From a virus (Duplodnaviria > Caudoviricetes): a stretch of 24,317 bases of DNA. The stretch lies in the IMG/VR virus record IMGVR_UViG_3300042331_000043, positions 1-24,317 of that record. The stretch is one strand, 5' to 3'. Position numbers and translations under genes: made by a program. Below are positions 6,974 through 16,008 of the stretch, piece after piece. A model generated the notes under the pieces. The model made no database searches, was not told where the DNA came from, and worked only from the letters and a program-made list of their open reading frames with translations. How positions within the stretch are numbered: the stretch's first letter is position 1; each line of letters starts with the position of its first letter.

Positions 6974-9900
6974 CTATTGCTGAAGCTGTGACAAGAGTTC
7001 TTCTACGCTCTCGCCCCGCCTCAGGGCCAATTTAACCCGTGTTGAGGCGTCAGTTTGTCTGTTTAGGTCTGAAAACTCCCTCAGAATCTTTTCTTTAGCT
7101 ACTGCACGATAAGCACTAATGACTTTTCGTATTTCGCGGGTTCTGGGGGAATCAAAGTCTTCCAGTAGCTCGGCGCTTAGGCTTTGGTACTGACGGCTTT
7201 TAATCAAGCGCTCGAGGGATTGACGAAGGGTTTTTCCGTTGATCCGAACCTCGGAGGTGGCCTCAAGCCAGCGATCATAAGCCGTCTGACCGTTAGAGTT
7301 TTTGTATTCAGAGAAATCAATCCCACCATCCTGTATAACTCTGGGCTGTGTGAAGCCGTGCTGGACAGAGGCGATCTCGTTCATCACCGCGTCGTTCTTG
7401 TTTGAGCTCACGACAATAGGGTTGACGTAATCAACACCCGGCGCAACGCCCGTGCGCTCAATCTTCTCTCCAAGGATGTTTCGGCTTGGGTCAACAAAGC
7501 CAGAGGCCCCGGGGACCCTGCGAAGGACCGCATCAAACCACCCCCGAGCTTCGCGCATATAGGGGTCATCCCCAAAGCCGCCCGTGGCCTGTGAGATAGC
7601 CGAGGGAATGTAGGAGCCAAGCCTGTTCTGGAACAGCCGGGGCACGAACCGCTCAGGCTGAGAGAAGGCATCGGTGATCTGCTCAATACCCGCGAGGTAT
7701 GACTTGTTGGTGATGTTCTTGGAAAAAGCCACAGCCAGCGCGGCCATTGTTGTCTGAAGAAGGTGCTCATCCTGAGCCTTGAGGGCCGTGGAGCGCTCGT
7801 AAATATCGGCGGCTAGACCAAGGAACGTGGCAAAGGGGTCGAGGCGCTGGTAGGAGATATAGGTGTCCCCGACCTTGAAGCTGTAAGGGCGCCAGCCCGT
7901 AGCCATCTTGATCTTCTTCTCGTTCTCATCCTCCGGGCCACCGCCCGTGATCGTTCCAGCCACAGCCGCTCCCACCGCCGTAGAGCTCAAGGCAAAGCCC
8001 ATGTAAATCTTGCCACTCGCGGCGGCTCTAACCATCGGATCGGGGTCAGCGAGCTCACGGGATAGCCTGAGCTTTTCAGCCATCAGGAAGGGGATGTTTT
8101 TAAGCGGGCTTCCGACAACTACGGCGCCGTAGGTGTACTGCCCGACCATCTTGAGAATGTTCATGGGTGTGGTCACGAACGGAACCACAAGGCGAAGAGC
8201 CGGGTGGTTACTTACCATCCGTTCAAGACTCAACTGAAGGCTGGGCTTGTTCGTGTTAGGGTTACGTTCGCCACGGCGGGTGAAAGTGACCTCTTGGGAA
8301 ACGTCAAAAGCGTAATCCGACAGGGCGCCCTTGGACGGGTCCCAATTATCGGAGATGTATTTGTTGATAAAATCAGCGGCTTCGAGGCTGTCCAAGCCGT
8401 CCTTACCAAAGCGGTTGGTAGCCTCAACCACGGCTTGGGCACGCACCGCGCTCTTGGTGTAGCGGCGTCCGTCTTGCATGACAATGTTGTCCAAGCGAGC
8501 GGCAACCCATTGGGCGAGCTTTGCCGGGTCTTCAGCTTCCTTGCCAAGAGCTTCCAAGCCTTCGATAGTGGCTTTAGCCTTGGCAAAGGAGCGGTAGTTG
8601 ATCTGCTTAAAAAATTCGTCCGTCCCGGTTAGGATGCGGCTAGGAATACGAACCGTGTTGCCGAAGAAGTCAGCCACGCCAGCGATCACCGGGTTAGCAT
8701 CGCGCTCCGCACCCAAGAGGGCGTTGACGTTCTGCCCCGTGATAGCAGGGCCCTTCTCCATCGGAGAGGTGCCGCGCTGTAGGACGCTATCGCCTTCGCG
8801 GAACGCCTTGAGCCCGAGGTCAACGGCTTCCTTGAAGGAATCCATCATGTAGCCGTAGACGCTGATAAACTCGTCCCGCATCAGCTTGTAGCTGGTATCC
8901 CCGGTAAGTATGTAGCGACCGTGAGCCCCAATAGCCGAGGTAACGGGTTTCAAAAACGTGGTCAGGCCAGTACCGAGGGCGTTAACCGCAAAAGTCTTAG
9001 GCCCGGACAACAGGAAGTTGATCCAGAGCTCGTTATGCATATCGAGCATCCCGGCGGGCGTTTGCTTGGCTAGGCCAGCGCCGCCGTGCTTCTTCCAAAT
9101 CAGGTGGAGCTTATCGAGAGTAGCTTCCACGTCCTGTTTGCCCCCCGCCTGTTCCATCATGGCCTTGGCGTACTCAACCAGCGTGGCTTGCTCCTTAATC
9201 TGCTTAAAGACGTTCAGGGAGCGCCCCGCGTTGGAGCGGATCGTCTGGTAGCCGAACACAACGCTACCAAACTTCTGTTGGAGCTCGGTGGCGGCTAGGT
9301 AGTTCTCAGCGTAACGCTTGAGGAGAGCCGGGTCCTCCGGGTACTGCTCGAGGAGGTTGCGGGCTTTGATAAACTCGTCAACGTGCTTGCCAATCTTGTC
9401 CTGAAGGGAAACGGCAAGACCGTAGTAGGCCCGGATACGTGCGTCCGCCTGACGGCTGTTCTTGGCATCCTTGGTAAGCTGGGCCATGAAGGAGCCATCG
9501 GTGTGCTTACGGATGAAATCAATCGCATCCTGAGCCACAACCTCGGCACCCCGGGGCTCGCCCTTGGCCCGCTCGATGGTGTCCGCAAAGGTCTTCATCA
9601 GCGCCAAGGCCGACTTGTGAGCCGAGTCAACGCTGTCAAAGCTCTCGATGTTGAAAAGCGGGCGGTCGGTATCGTCAAAGAACGCCTTGGCTAAGGCGGC
9701 GAGGTCATCGGGGTTCTTCTCGTAAATCTTGAGGTACTCGTCAAAGCGGGCTTGGGCTGTAGGAGGAATCTGAGGCTCTGCCATCCGAGCGCCCGGTGTC
9801 GGGGCGTAGGCAAATCCTTCTTTAGCCGCGTACTCAGGGTTCTTAACAAAAACCGTATTCCCAACTGAGATAGCTTCGCTCGCCCTAACTACTGGCTGAC

Positions 9901-12457
9901 CAGACGACTTATCGTAGAAATAGCTGTGGCGCTCTGGGTCAAAGCCCACTTGCTTCCAGTTGGTCAGAAGGTCATCAGGCAGTTTGTCGAGCTTCTCAAA
10001 CTTGCCTTCTACGGTAGCCACCGGGAACTTTCTCTTTTCCCCCGTCCCAATCTTTGTAGTCCCTGCCTCCGAAGCATTGAAAAACTTAGCGTCGGTTACT
10101 TTAGCCGCCGTGTCGTAGCCAAGAACATTACCCACAGACGACGAGCCCGCTTTTGAATGAACGGTAATAACATAGTTGCCTGTTTTGGTGAAAGCCGGGA
10201 TGTCAATTCTCAGGCCCACTTCAGTCCCGTTAGACACGGAGTTTCTGTGAGCTCCAAACTTTTCTACTTGGCTGGTTTTTAGCGCCGCTTTTGCCTGATC
10301 ATCAGTTACGGTGGCAACTTCAGTCACAGGGCGGATAGGCTTTAGCGCTTCCACCTTGGAGTCATACTGTTCTCTGGAAATCTTTCCTTCCTGAAGGTCG
10401 CGGATCGCCTGTTGAAGTTCTGGGATTCTGTCCTTAGCGATCAATCCACGATCTGTTTCGGCAAAGTCACCAGCCATTCGTGCGGCGCCAGCCCCAACAC
10501 CCTCTTTGGTGCCGCCACGGCTAACAGGCGTCCCTGCAAGCTCGGCAGTTTCGCGGAGCACCTTCTCAAGCATGGTTTTGTCGATGTCCATGCCGAGGAG
10601 GTCAGCGATAGCGTCTGTTAGGGCGCGGAAGGCACTCTTACCCGAATCCAGCTTGATCGAGGCAAGCTGAGTTTGGAAACCGGGGCTAGAGATGGCTTGC
10701 GCCATAAACTCGTCAAGGTTCCCGAAGCCGTAGGCAACCCCTTTGGCCGTGGTTTGGTCCGGGCGGTTCCCTGCGGTCCCGCCAACACGGTTTCCGCTCT
10801 TTGTGGGCTTACCAAAAATGGTATCGGAAACACCGAGCTTTTCAGCGGAGGAGACGTAGCTGTCAATCAGGTCGCGAAGAGGCTGAACAACATTCGGGTT
10901 GGCCTTGGCTTCTTCAATCTTTGCTAAAAACTGCGATCCCTTTGCCTTGCTCAGGTCGGGGATATTTAGGTCAATCTGCCGAGAGGTAAGAGCGTGGACA
11001 ATTTCGTGGACAGGCGTGTGAAAGAGCTTGTTGCCCTGCCATCTACCTCCAAGAACAATCACGTCGTCAGAGGGGCGATAGAAAGACCGTCCACCCCCTG
11101 CACCACGGTATACACGGGTTTTTCCTAGTGAGTCTCCGCCGATAACGAGCAGTTGCTCAGTAAGCTGGCGAAGCCCGTTAAGGGTTTGGTCTAGCTGTTC
11201 CTTGTTAAAACGGCCCAGCTTTGCGTAGTAATTTTCGGCTTCAATGGTACGACTTTCTTGGGTCATACCCTCAGTTGCAATTCTTTCGGCTTTTTCCTTG
11301 AAAGTTTGGGCAAACTGGCTCTTGAACCCATTTTCTACATCATTTTTCCACCGTTTAGTTGTGGTGGCGACTACATCATCCCATCCGTCCAGCATAGATT
11401 GGAGGATCGCTTTCGCGGAAACTGATTGCTCAGGAGCGACACGCCCCCTATCAGCGACGTCAGCCTGTTTTAGAAGATTTGTAGTAGTGGCCGGAAGATC
11501 AATCGCGTACCCGGATGTACCGTAGGGAATCTCATTGCGAGTAGCTTTAGCCCCGGCGTCAAAGTTCACAACCTGAGCTTCGGAAAACGGACGCAATCCT
11601 TGGGTTGTGACCTCGTTGTCAATCGTCTGCTGAATCTGCAAACCAGCATCTTCCAAGGCTTTCTCAGCGCCCTTGGCGTTGCCAGCCTCAGCCAGCCCAC
11701 GGGCTTTCTTAAGAGCCTTGACCCCGAGGATAATCCCGTCAATCGCGGAGCCGATCATGGCTCCCTCAAGCACGTTCTTCAGGCGTCCTTCAAGCAACCC
11801 ATCATCTTTATCAGCCGCAAGGAACTCCGTGACCGGGTTCTCAAGGCTGGGGAACTGCTGAATGAGGTTGGAAAGGCGCTCTTCGTGTTCGTCAAAGACG
11901 GTGAAATCAGCGACGGCACCAGCGATAGCACCACGGCCTATCTGCGACTTTTGAAGCCACTTGCCAATAGAGCCAGCTTTAGCGAGCTTGCCAGCCTTAC
12001 CCGCGATATTGATAGCCCGGAAAGCAGGGATAAAGCCAACGGCAAACTCAGTCGCACCCTCAGCCAATCCGCCGATAGCGGATTTAGGGCGATCAATCTT
12101 CCCGGTAAGAAAATCATTAGGCAAATATCCAAGAGAAAGAAGGTCGGCGGTGCTTTCAACAGCTCCAAGGCCTCCCCGAACCACGCCCCGGGCCACGTCC
12201 AAAAGATAATCAGCCGCCCCGAGGTCCTCCGAAGCTGGCATAAGCTGACTATCGGGCTGTGAAGGAGTTTGAATGGGGGTTTCAGGCATTTCAACAGCCT
12301 GAGTAGCGGACAATTCAGGTGTTGCGGTAGGCTGTGGCTGTGCCTCAACTGGCGGCTGGTAGCGCGGGCGAGTATAGCCGTCAGCTTCTAGCTCTTTGTA
12401 AATTGTATCTACTTCAGAATTAAGCTCTTCCGGGGAAAATTCGCCAAAAGTGTTCAT
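6974..12457 (-). CDS. Internal virion (ejection) protein D, T7 gp16-like, enlarged with inserted domains (1827 aa)
   Basis: Position before the tail fibre. LEGRLKNVLEG, INFLLSGPKT, RILTGTDEFFKQINYR and GWRPYSFKVGDTYISYQRLDPF motifs typical of environmental T7-like gp16. Internal HEIVH zincin motif. Confidence 0.8.
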   Translation of the reverse strand: MNTFGEFSPEELNSEVDTIYKELEADGYTRPRYQPPVEAQPQPTATPELSATQAVEMPETPIQTPSQPDSQLMPASEDLGAADYLLDVARGVVRGGLGAVESTADLLSLGYLPNDFLTGKIDRPKSAIGGLAEGATEFAVGFIPAFRAINIAGKAGKLAKAGSIGKWLQKSQIGRGAIAGAVADFTVFDEHEERLSNLIQQFPSLENPVTEFLAADKDDGLLEGRLKNVLEGAMIGSAIDGIILGVKALKKARGLAEAGNAKGAEKALEDAGLQIQQTIDNEVTTQGLRPFSEAQVVNFDAGAKATRNEIPYGTSGYAIDLPATTTNLLKQADVADRGRVAPEQSVSAKAILQSMLDGWDDVVATTTKRWKNDVENGFKSQFAQTFKEKAERIATEGMTQESRTIEAENYYAKLGRFNKEQLDQTLNGLRQLTEQLLVIGGDSLGKTRVYRGAGGGRSFYRPSDDVIVLGGRWQGNKLFHTPVHEIVHALTSRQIDLNIPDLSKAKGSQFLAKIEEAKANPNVVQPLRDLIDSYVSSAEKLGVSDTIFGKPTKSGNRVGGTAGNRPDQTTAKGVAYGFGNLDEFMAQAISSPGFQTQLASIKLDSGKSAFRALTDAIADLLGMDIDKTMLEKVLRETAELAGTPVSRGGTKEGVGAGAARMAGDFAETDRGLIAKDRIPELQQAIRDLQEGKISREQYDSKVEALKPIRPVTEVATVTDDQAKAALKTSQVEKFGAHRNSVSNGTEVGLRIDIPAFTKTGNYVITVHSKAGSSSVGNVLGYDTAAKVTDAKFFNASEAGTTKIGTGEKRKFPVATVEGKFEKLDKLPDDLLTNWKQVGFDPERHSYFYDKSSGQPVVRASEAISVGNTVFVKNPEYAAKEGFAYAPTPGARMAEPQIPPTAQARFDEYLKIYEKNPDDLAALAKAFFDDTDRPLFNIESFDSVDSAHKSALALMKTFADTIERAKGEPRGAEVVAQDAIDFIRKHTDGSFMAQLTKDAKNSRQADARIRAYYGLAVSLQDKIGKHVDEFIKARNLLEQYPEDPALLKRYAENYLAATELQQKFGSVVFGYQTIRSNAGRSLNVFKQIKEQATLVEYAKAMMEQAGGKQDVEATLDKLHLIWKKHGGAGLAKQTPAGMLDMHNELWINFLLSGPKTFAVNALGTGLTTFLKPVTSAIGAHGRYILTGDTSYKLMRDEFISVYGYMMDSFKEAVDLGLKAFREGDSVLQRGTSPMEKGPAITGQNVNALLGAERDANPVIAGVADFFGNTVRIPSRILTGTDEFFKQINYRSFAKAKATIEGLEALGKEAEDPAKLAQWVAARLDNIVMQDGRRYTKSAVRAQAVVEATNRFGKDGLDSLEAADFINKYISDNWDPSKGALSDYAFDVSQEVTFTRRGERNPNTNKPSLQLSLERMVSNHPALRLVVPFVTTPMNILKMVGQYTYGAVVVGSPLKNIPFLMAEKLRLSRELADPDPMVRAAASGKIYMGFALSSTAVGAAVAGTITGGGPEDENEKKIKMATGWRPYSFKVGDTYISYQRLDPFATFLGLAADIYERSTALKAQDEHLLQTTMAALAVAFSKNITNKSYLAGIEQITDAFSQPERFVPRLFQNRLGSYIPSAISQATGGFGDDPYMREARGWFDAVLRRVPGASGFVDPSRNILGEKIERTGVAPGVDYVNPIVVSSNKNDAVMNEIASVQHGFTQPRVIQDGGIDFSEYKNSNGQTAYDRWLEATSEVRINGKTLRQSLERLIKSRQYQSLSAELLEDFDSPRTREIRKVISAYRAVAKEKILREFSDLNRQTDASTRVKLALRRGESVEELLSQLQQ

Positions 12458-14773
12458 TTAGCGGCTTCTTCCTTTACCAAGAGCTTCAATGGCGATAGCT
12501 TGCGCTTTGGAAAACTGCTCAAAGTCTCGGATTTTAAGGGTATCCACAAATTTAACTGCGTTTTGATCGCCCTTTTTATACGCAATTCTAAAATTGGCAA
12601 GCTCTTCCACAGAAGAAAACACGGGAATAAGGAGAGGATTTAGGTTCGGGTCAACAGGAATGTTATGGTCAGTTTGACCAGCCATAATTTCAGCCGGGGA
12701 GTAGCCCTTGACTGATTTAGCTGAATAATACCGCTCCAAGTCAGCCTGATTCTTTTCGGAGCTTTTTGGTACTTCATAGCTTTGTGGCGGAACGGCTATA
12801 CCGGGTGCGGCTGGCGGAGTGTAATACTTTGTCTCAAACTTTTTGTTCACTTCGTTAGCTAGGCGATTGACTAACCCGTCAACTTTAGAGTCAATGTAGG
12901 AGAGCTTCTTCTGCACCGCCGCTTGGTCAGCCGGGGCTAGGCCTAAGCGCGAGGCGCGGCCAAGCTCAATAAAATTCCTTACCACTTGACGCTCCCGGGT
13001 AACCCGGTCAAGTTCGTTAAACGTAAACCACGACGGTCCAGCGGTGGCTTCGTCGCGGTTCTTAATCTCCAAGTTCTTGGCATCCACTTCACGTTGGCGC
13101 CTGTCTGCAATCTCAAGGTTTTTAATCTCGTTAGCTCCAAACGCGCGGAGCCGTTCTGAAACTTTTTCTCGGACAGCGCCCATAACAACAGGAGCCGCTT
13201 GTTCCTGAGTTTTCCCGGGGTTGGCTTCTAAATAAGCGTCCATTTCTTCTTTAACTGTTCTATTAAACTCCAAGTCAAGCATACCCAAAACAGAGGTAGC
13301 GACCTCAGGTGTGTCCTTAAACTGATTGCCGATTGAGCTATTAAGAATAGCCCGGGCTTCTTGGGCTGAACGGGTTTTTAATAGCGGCTCGTAGTTCTCT
13401 AAAGTTTGAATCTGCTCAAGCATCTTGGCTTGCTGGGTACCATTAAAACCACTTTCTTGCCCTACGTCGTACAGACGACGGGCCTCGGCAACGTCATTGT
13501 TTACAACGGCAAGATTAAAAGCGTTTAGGTGGGCGGCGTTAGGTGTAGCTTCTGCCCCACGGCGGTCTGCTACGAGCTTTCGGACAGTCTCTTTAATCGT
13601 CTTGTGGAGGTGGTCGTAACCTTGCAAAGGAACAAGCTCTTTTTTCCCGTCTTGTCCCATAAGAGTAATGTTGGAAGACACTAGCTCTGCGGTGATGTCG
13701 TCTACTGCCTTCGGATCGTTTATATCGGAGTAGCGATCCATAATTTCGTAGGCTTTGTCCTGAGACGCGATAAGCACCTGACCCCGTTCAGCCTGACCCC
13801 GGTTAACCGCTTGATTTTGAGCCGCAATGACGTTTTCCTCCATTTGATTAAACAAAGGAAGAGTGTTGCCCTCTCCCACTACATAGCCGTTAGGTAGCTT
13901 TGTCTGTTTCAGAGTTTGAAGAATAGCCAAAGCGCGGTCCGGGTTGACACGACGAAGCTGGTCAATGTACGGGGCCACACCAGCTTGGAGGGCATAGTAA
14001 GTAGCGTTGCTCATTCCACTCATGGACGCCTCGCCCACTTGCTTGACAAAAGATGAAATTACAGCCTCACCAGCAGTTTCTGATGGCAGGTTTTCTGCCT
14101 CTTTTAATCCGCGCTGAATTGCAATTCCTAGCTGATTACGAGCGTCAATTTCCCGGGCCTCAAGCCTTTTGTTAAGAGCAGAAGTTGAAAATGTCTTGAA
14201 AACACCCGAAGAACTTTCGTTAGCCGCCGCTTTGGCAAAGGCAGAATCTAGATTAAAGCCGCTTTCTTTTAAGTAAGACTGCCATGCGTCCTGATACAGA
14301 CTTTCAATAGGCTCGGTGTTTTTCGGGTCCGTAGCTTTGCTCATGTACTTTTCGTACAAAAAGGTTCTAAACCCGGGCTCTACCACGTTTTTGGCTGTGG
14401 TGCTCATGTAGCTACGCCAGTACATCGGGTTAGCGCTTTCTTTCAAAACACCAGCCTTTACGGCGTTTTGATAACCCATGCGTAGGACTTGTCGGGCTTT
14501 TTCTGGGTCTGAGTTAGCGTCGGCTTCTCCTTCGTTCTTCGATTCAATTACTTCGTTTCTTGTGTAAGCCAGACTAAATGACCCTAGCTGGGCGTTTAGG
14601 CCTTTTAGAGAATCAGCAATCTGAAGAAGCTCATTTGTCTCCGGGGGCAAAGGAGCCGCCGGGGCGGGCGGAGCCATAAGCTGAGACGGCTGAACCAGCG
14701 GAGACGGCGTAATAGACGGGGCGTACCCAAGGCCGCGCTCCGCCCTGCGAGGGATGATAGACTCCTCAGCCAT
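12458..14773 (-). CDS. Internal virion protein C, T7 gp15-like (771 aa)
   Basis: Size and synteny; Pro-rich N-terminus followed by ELLQIADSLKGLN..L and a helical A/E/K/Q-rich body. TAATG coupling to the upstream gene. Confidence 0.7.
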   Translation of the reverse strand: MAEESIIPRRAERGLGYAPSITPSPLVQPSQLMAPPAPAAPLPPETNELLQIADSLKGLNAQLGSFSLAYTRNEVIESKNEGEADANSDPEKARQVLRMGYQNAVKAGVLKESANPMYWRSYMSTTAKNVVEPGFRTFLYEKYMSKATDPKNTEPIESLYQDAWQSYLKESGFNLDSAFAKAAANESSSGVFKTFSTSALNKRLEAREIDARNQLGIAIQRGLKEAENLPSETAGEAVISSFVKQVGEASMSGMSNATYYALQAGVAPYIDQLRRVNPDRALAILQTLKQTKLPNGYVVGEGNTLPLFNQMEENVIAAQNQAVNRGQAERGQVLIASQDKAYEIMDRYSDINDPKAVDDITAELVSSNITLMGQDGKKELVPLQGYDHLHKTIKETVRKLVADRRGAEATPNAAHLNAFNLAVVNNDVAEARRLYDVGQESGFNGTQQAKMLEQIQTLENYEPLLKTRSAQEARAILNSSIGNQFKDTPEVATSVLGMLDLEFNRTVKEEMDAYLEANPGKTQEQAAPVVMGAVREKVSERLRAFGANEIKNLEIADRRQREVDAKNLEIKNRDEATAGPSWFTFNELDRVTRERQVVRNFIELGRASRLGLAPADQAAVQKKLSYIDSKVDGLVNRLANEVNKKFETKYYTPPAAPGIAVPPQSYEVPKSSEKNQADLERYYSAKSVKGYSPAEIMAGQTDHNIPVDPNLNPLLIPVFSSVEELANFRIAYKKGDQNAVKFVDTLKIRDFEQFSKAQAIAIEALGKGRSR

Positions 14774-15447
14774 TAGACTACTGCCGCCGAACCGAACCAG
14801 CTAGGCAACACATCCTGAACTCCGCCAGCGTTAGGACCACCACCGTAGTAGTATCTGTTTTGGTAGTAATTTTGACCAGCGTTCAACCCGGCGCTCAAAG
14901 AGTTAATAGCAAAAGCCGCAAACGAAGGACGTTGGATCGGTCGGTTAATTTGGTTGATATTCATTTGCGAGGCGAGCCGCGACGTGTCTAGGTTCATCCC
15001 AAGAGCTTTGGTCATGTTTTTAGTGGTTTGGTCATAGTACGTATCGCGCATTTGACCTTGGCGGGTGCTTGCCTCAAAAAAGCCTAGCTCCTGACGATTG
15101 ATCTCACCTAGCAAAGAGTCAACAGCAATCCCCCCAATACCCGCTTCCCCTGCGGCCACAACCGCACGGGAGCTTGCGGCTCTAGCTTCCATTGAAACTT
15201 TGTTTAGCTCTCGAGACGCGGCTTCTTTTTCCTGTGCCTGACGAAGGCGCAAAGCCTCTTGTTCTTGTTGGTTTTTTAATACAAGTTGAGCTTGTTCTTG
15301 TTGAGCCCGTTGTTGTTCCAGCACCGTCATCTGATTCTGATAGGCGGCTTGCTGGTTGGCCGCTTGCTGTCCTCCAACGTACTGAAGGGCAGACGAAGCT
15401 AGACCTACGACCAAACTACCAATGGCGAATACTGCTGGGGCGCACAT
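14773..15447 (-). CDS. Internal virion protein B, T7 gp14-like (224 aa)
   Basis: MC start with hydrophobic N-terminus, Gln/Ala coiled coil and VAAGEAGIGGIAVDSLL motif; synteny. Confidence 0.8.
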   Translation of the reverse strand: MCAPAVFAIGSLVVGLASSALQYVGGQQAANQQAAYQNQMTVLEQQRAQQEQAQLVLKNQQEQEALRLRQAQEKEAASRELNKVSMEARAASSRAVVAAGEAGIGGIAVDSLLGEINRQELGFFEASTRQGQMRDTYYDQTTKNMTKALGMNLDTSRLASQMNINQINRPIQRPSFAAFAINSLSAGLNAGQNYYQNRYYYGGGPNAGGVQDVLPSWFGSAAVV

Positions 15448-15450
15448 ATA

Positions 15451-16008
15451 TCAGAGTTTTACGCTTAGAAATTCGATATAGGGTTCTTTATTCAATCCAT
15501 ATTCCTTATACTCACGAATGAACCTGAAGCCAAGCCATTTAAGCCAATCAATGTGTAGTTTGTTCCAAAGGCAAACCACATTGAATAGGATCGGGTACAG
15601 TTCGTGAAAGGCTTCTAACCATTTAGGGCTTTGGCGTAGGAAAGCAATCTTTTCCTTAAGTAAGTCGTTGCTACCCAACAGCCATATTACGCCAACCGTT
15701 GGGCTGTAATGATTTACGCCGAAAATAGCCACCACTTCACCTTTGATTGTGATGGTGTAGGTGTAGGGAGATTCAAGGATTCCCTTTTCCATCGCCTTCC
15801 CGGGATCGCCTAAGGTAACTGCCCTGATTTCCCGTAGGTCTTCTGGCCTTAGTTTTGGAGCGAGAATATGGGCGTCCTCGGGCACCGCCTTACGGACGGC
15901 GCACCCGCGCTCATAATCCCAAACTTCGTCAGCCAGCCCTTTGAGAACGGGAGACGTATTGTGCCTCGACGTCCATTGAAAGGAGGGCGCAGGGGTGGGG
16001 AGTGTCAT
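15451..16008 (-). CDS. T7 gp13-like internal virion protein A / GNAT-fold protein (start uncertain)
   Basis: LRPEDLREI, AIFGV...GVIWLLGS and LFNVV...N..HIDWLKWLGF motifs; synteny between tail tube B and gp14. The listed ATG overlaps gp12 by 80 nt, so the true start may lie downstream. Confidence 0.8.
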   Translation of the reverse strand: MTLPTPAPSFQWTSRHNTSPVLKGLADEVWDYERGCAVRKAVPEDAHILAPKLRPEDLREIRAVTLGDPGKAMEKGILESPYTYTITIKGEVVAIFGVNHYSPTVGVIWLLGSNDLLKEKIAFLRQSPKWLEAFHELYPILFNVVCLWNKLHIDWLKWLGFRFIREYKEYGLNKEPYIEFLSVKL

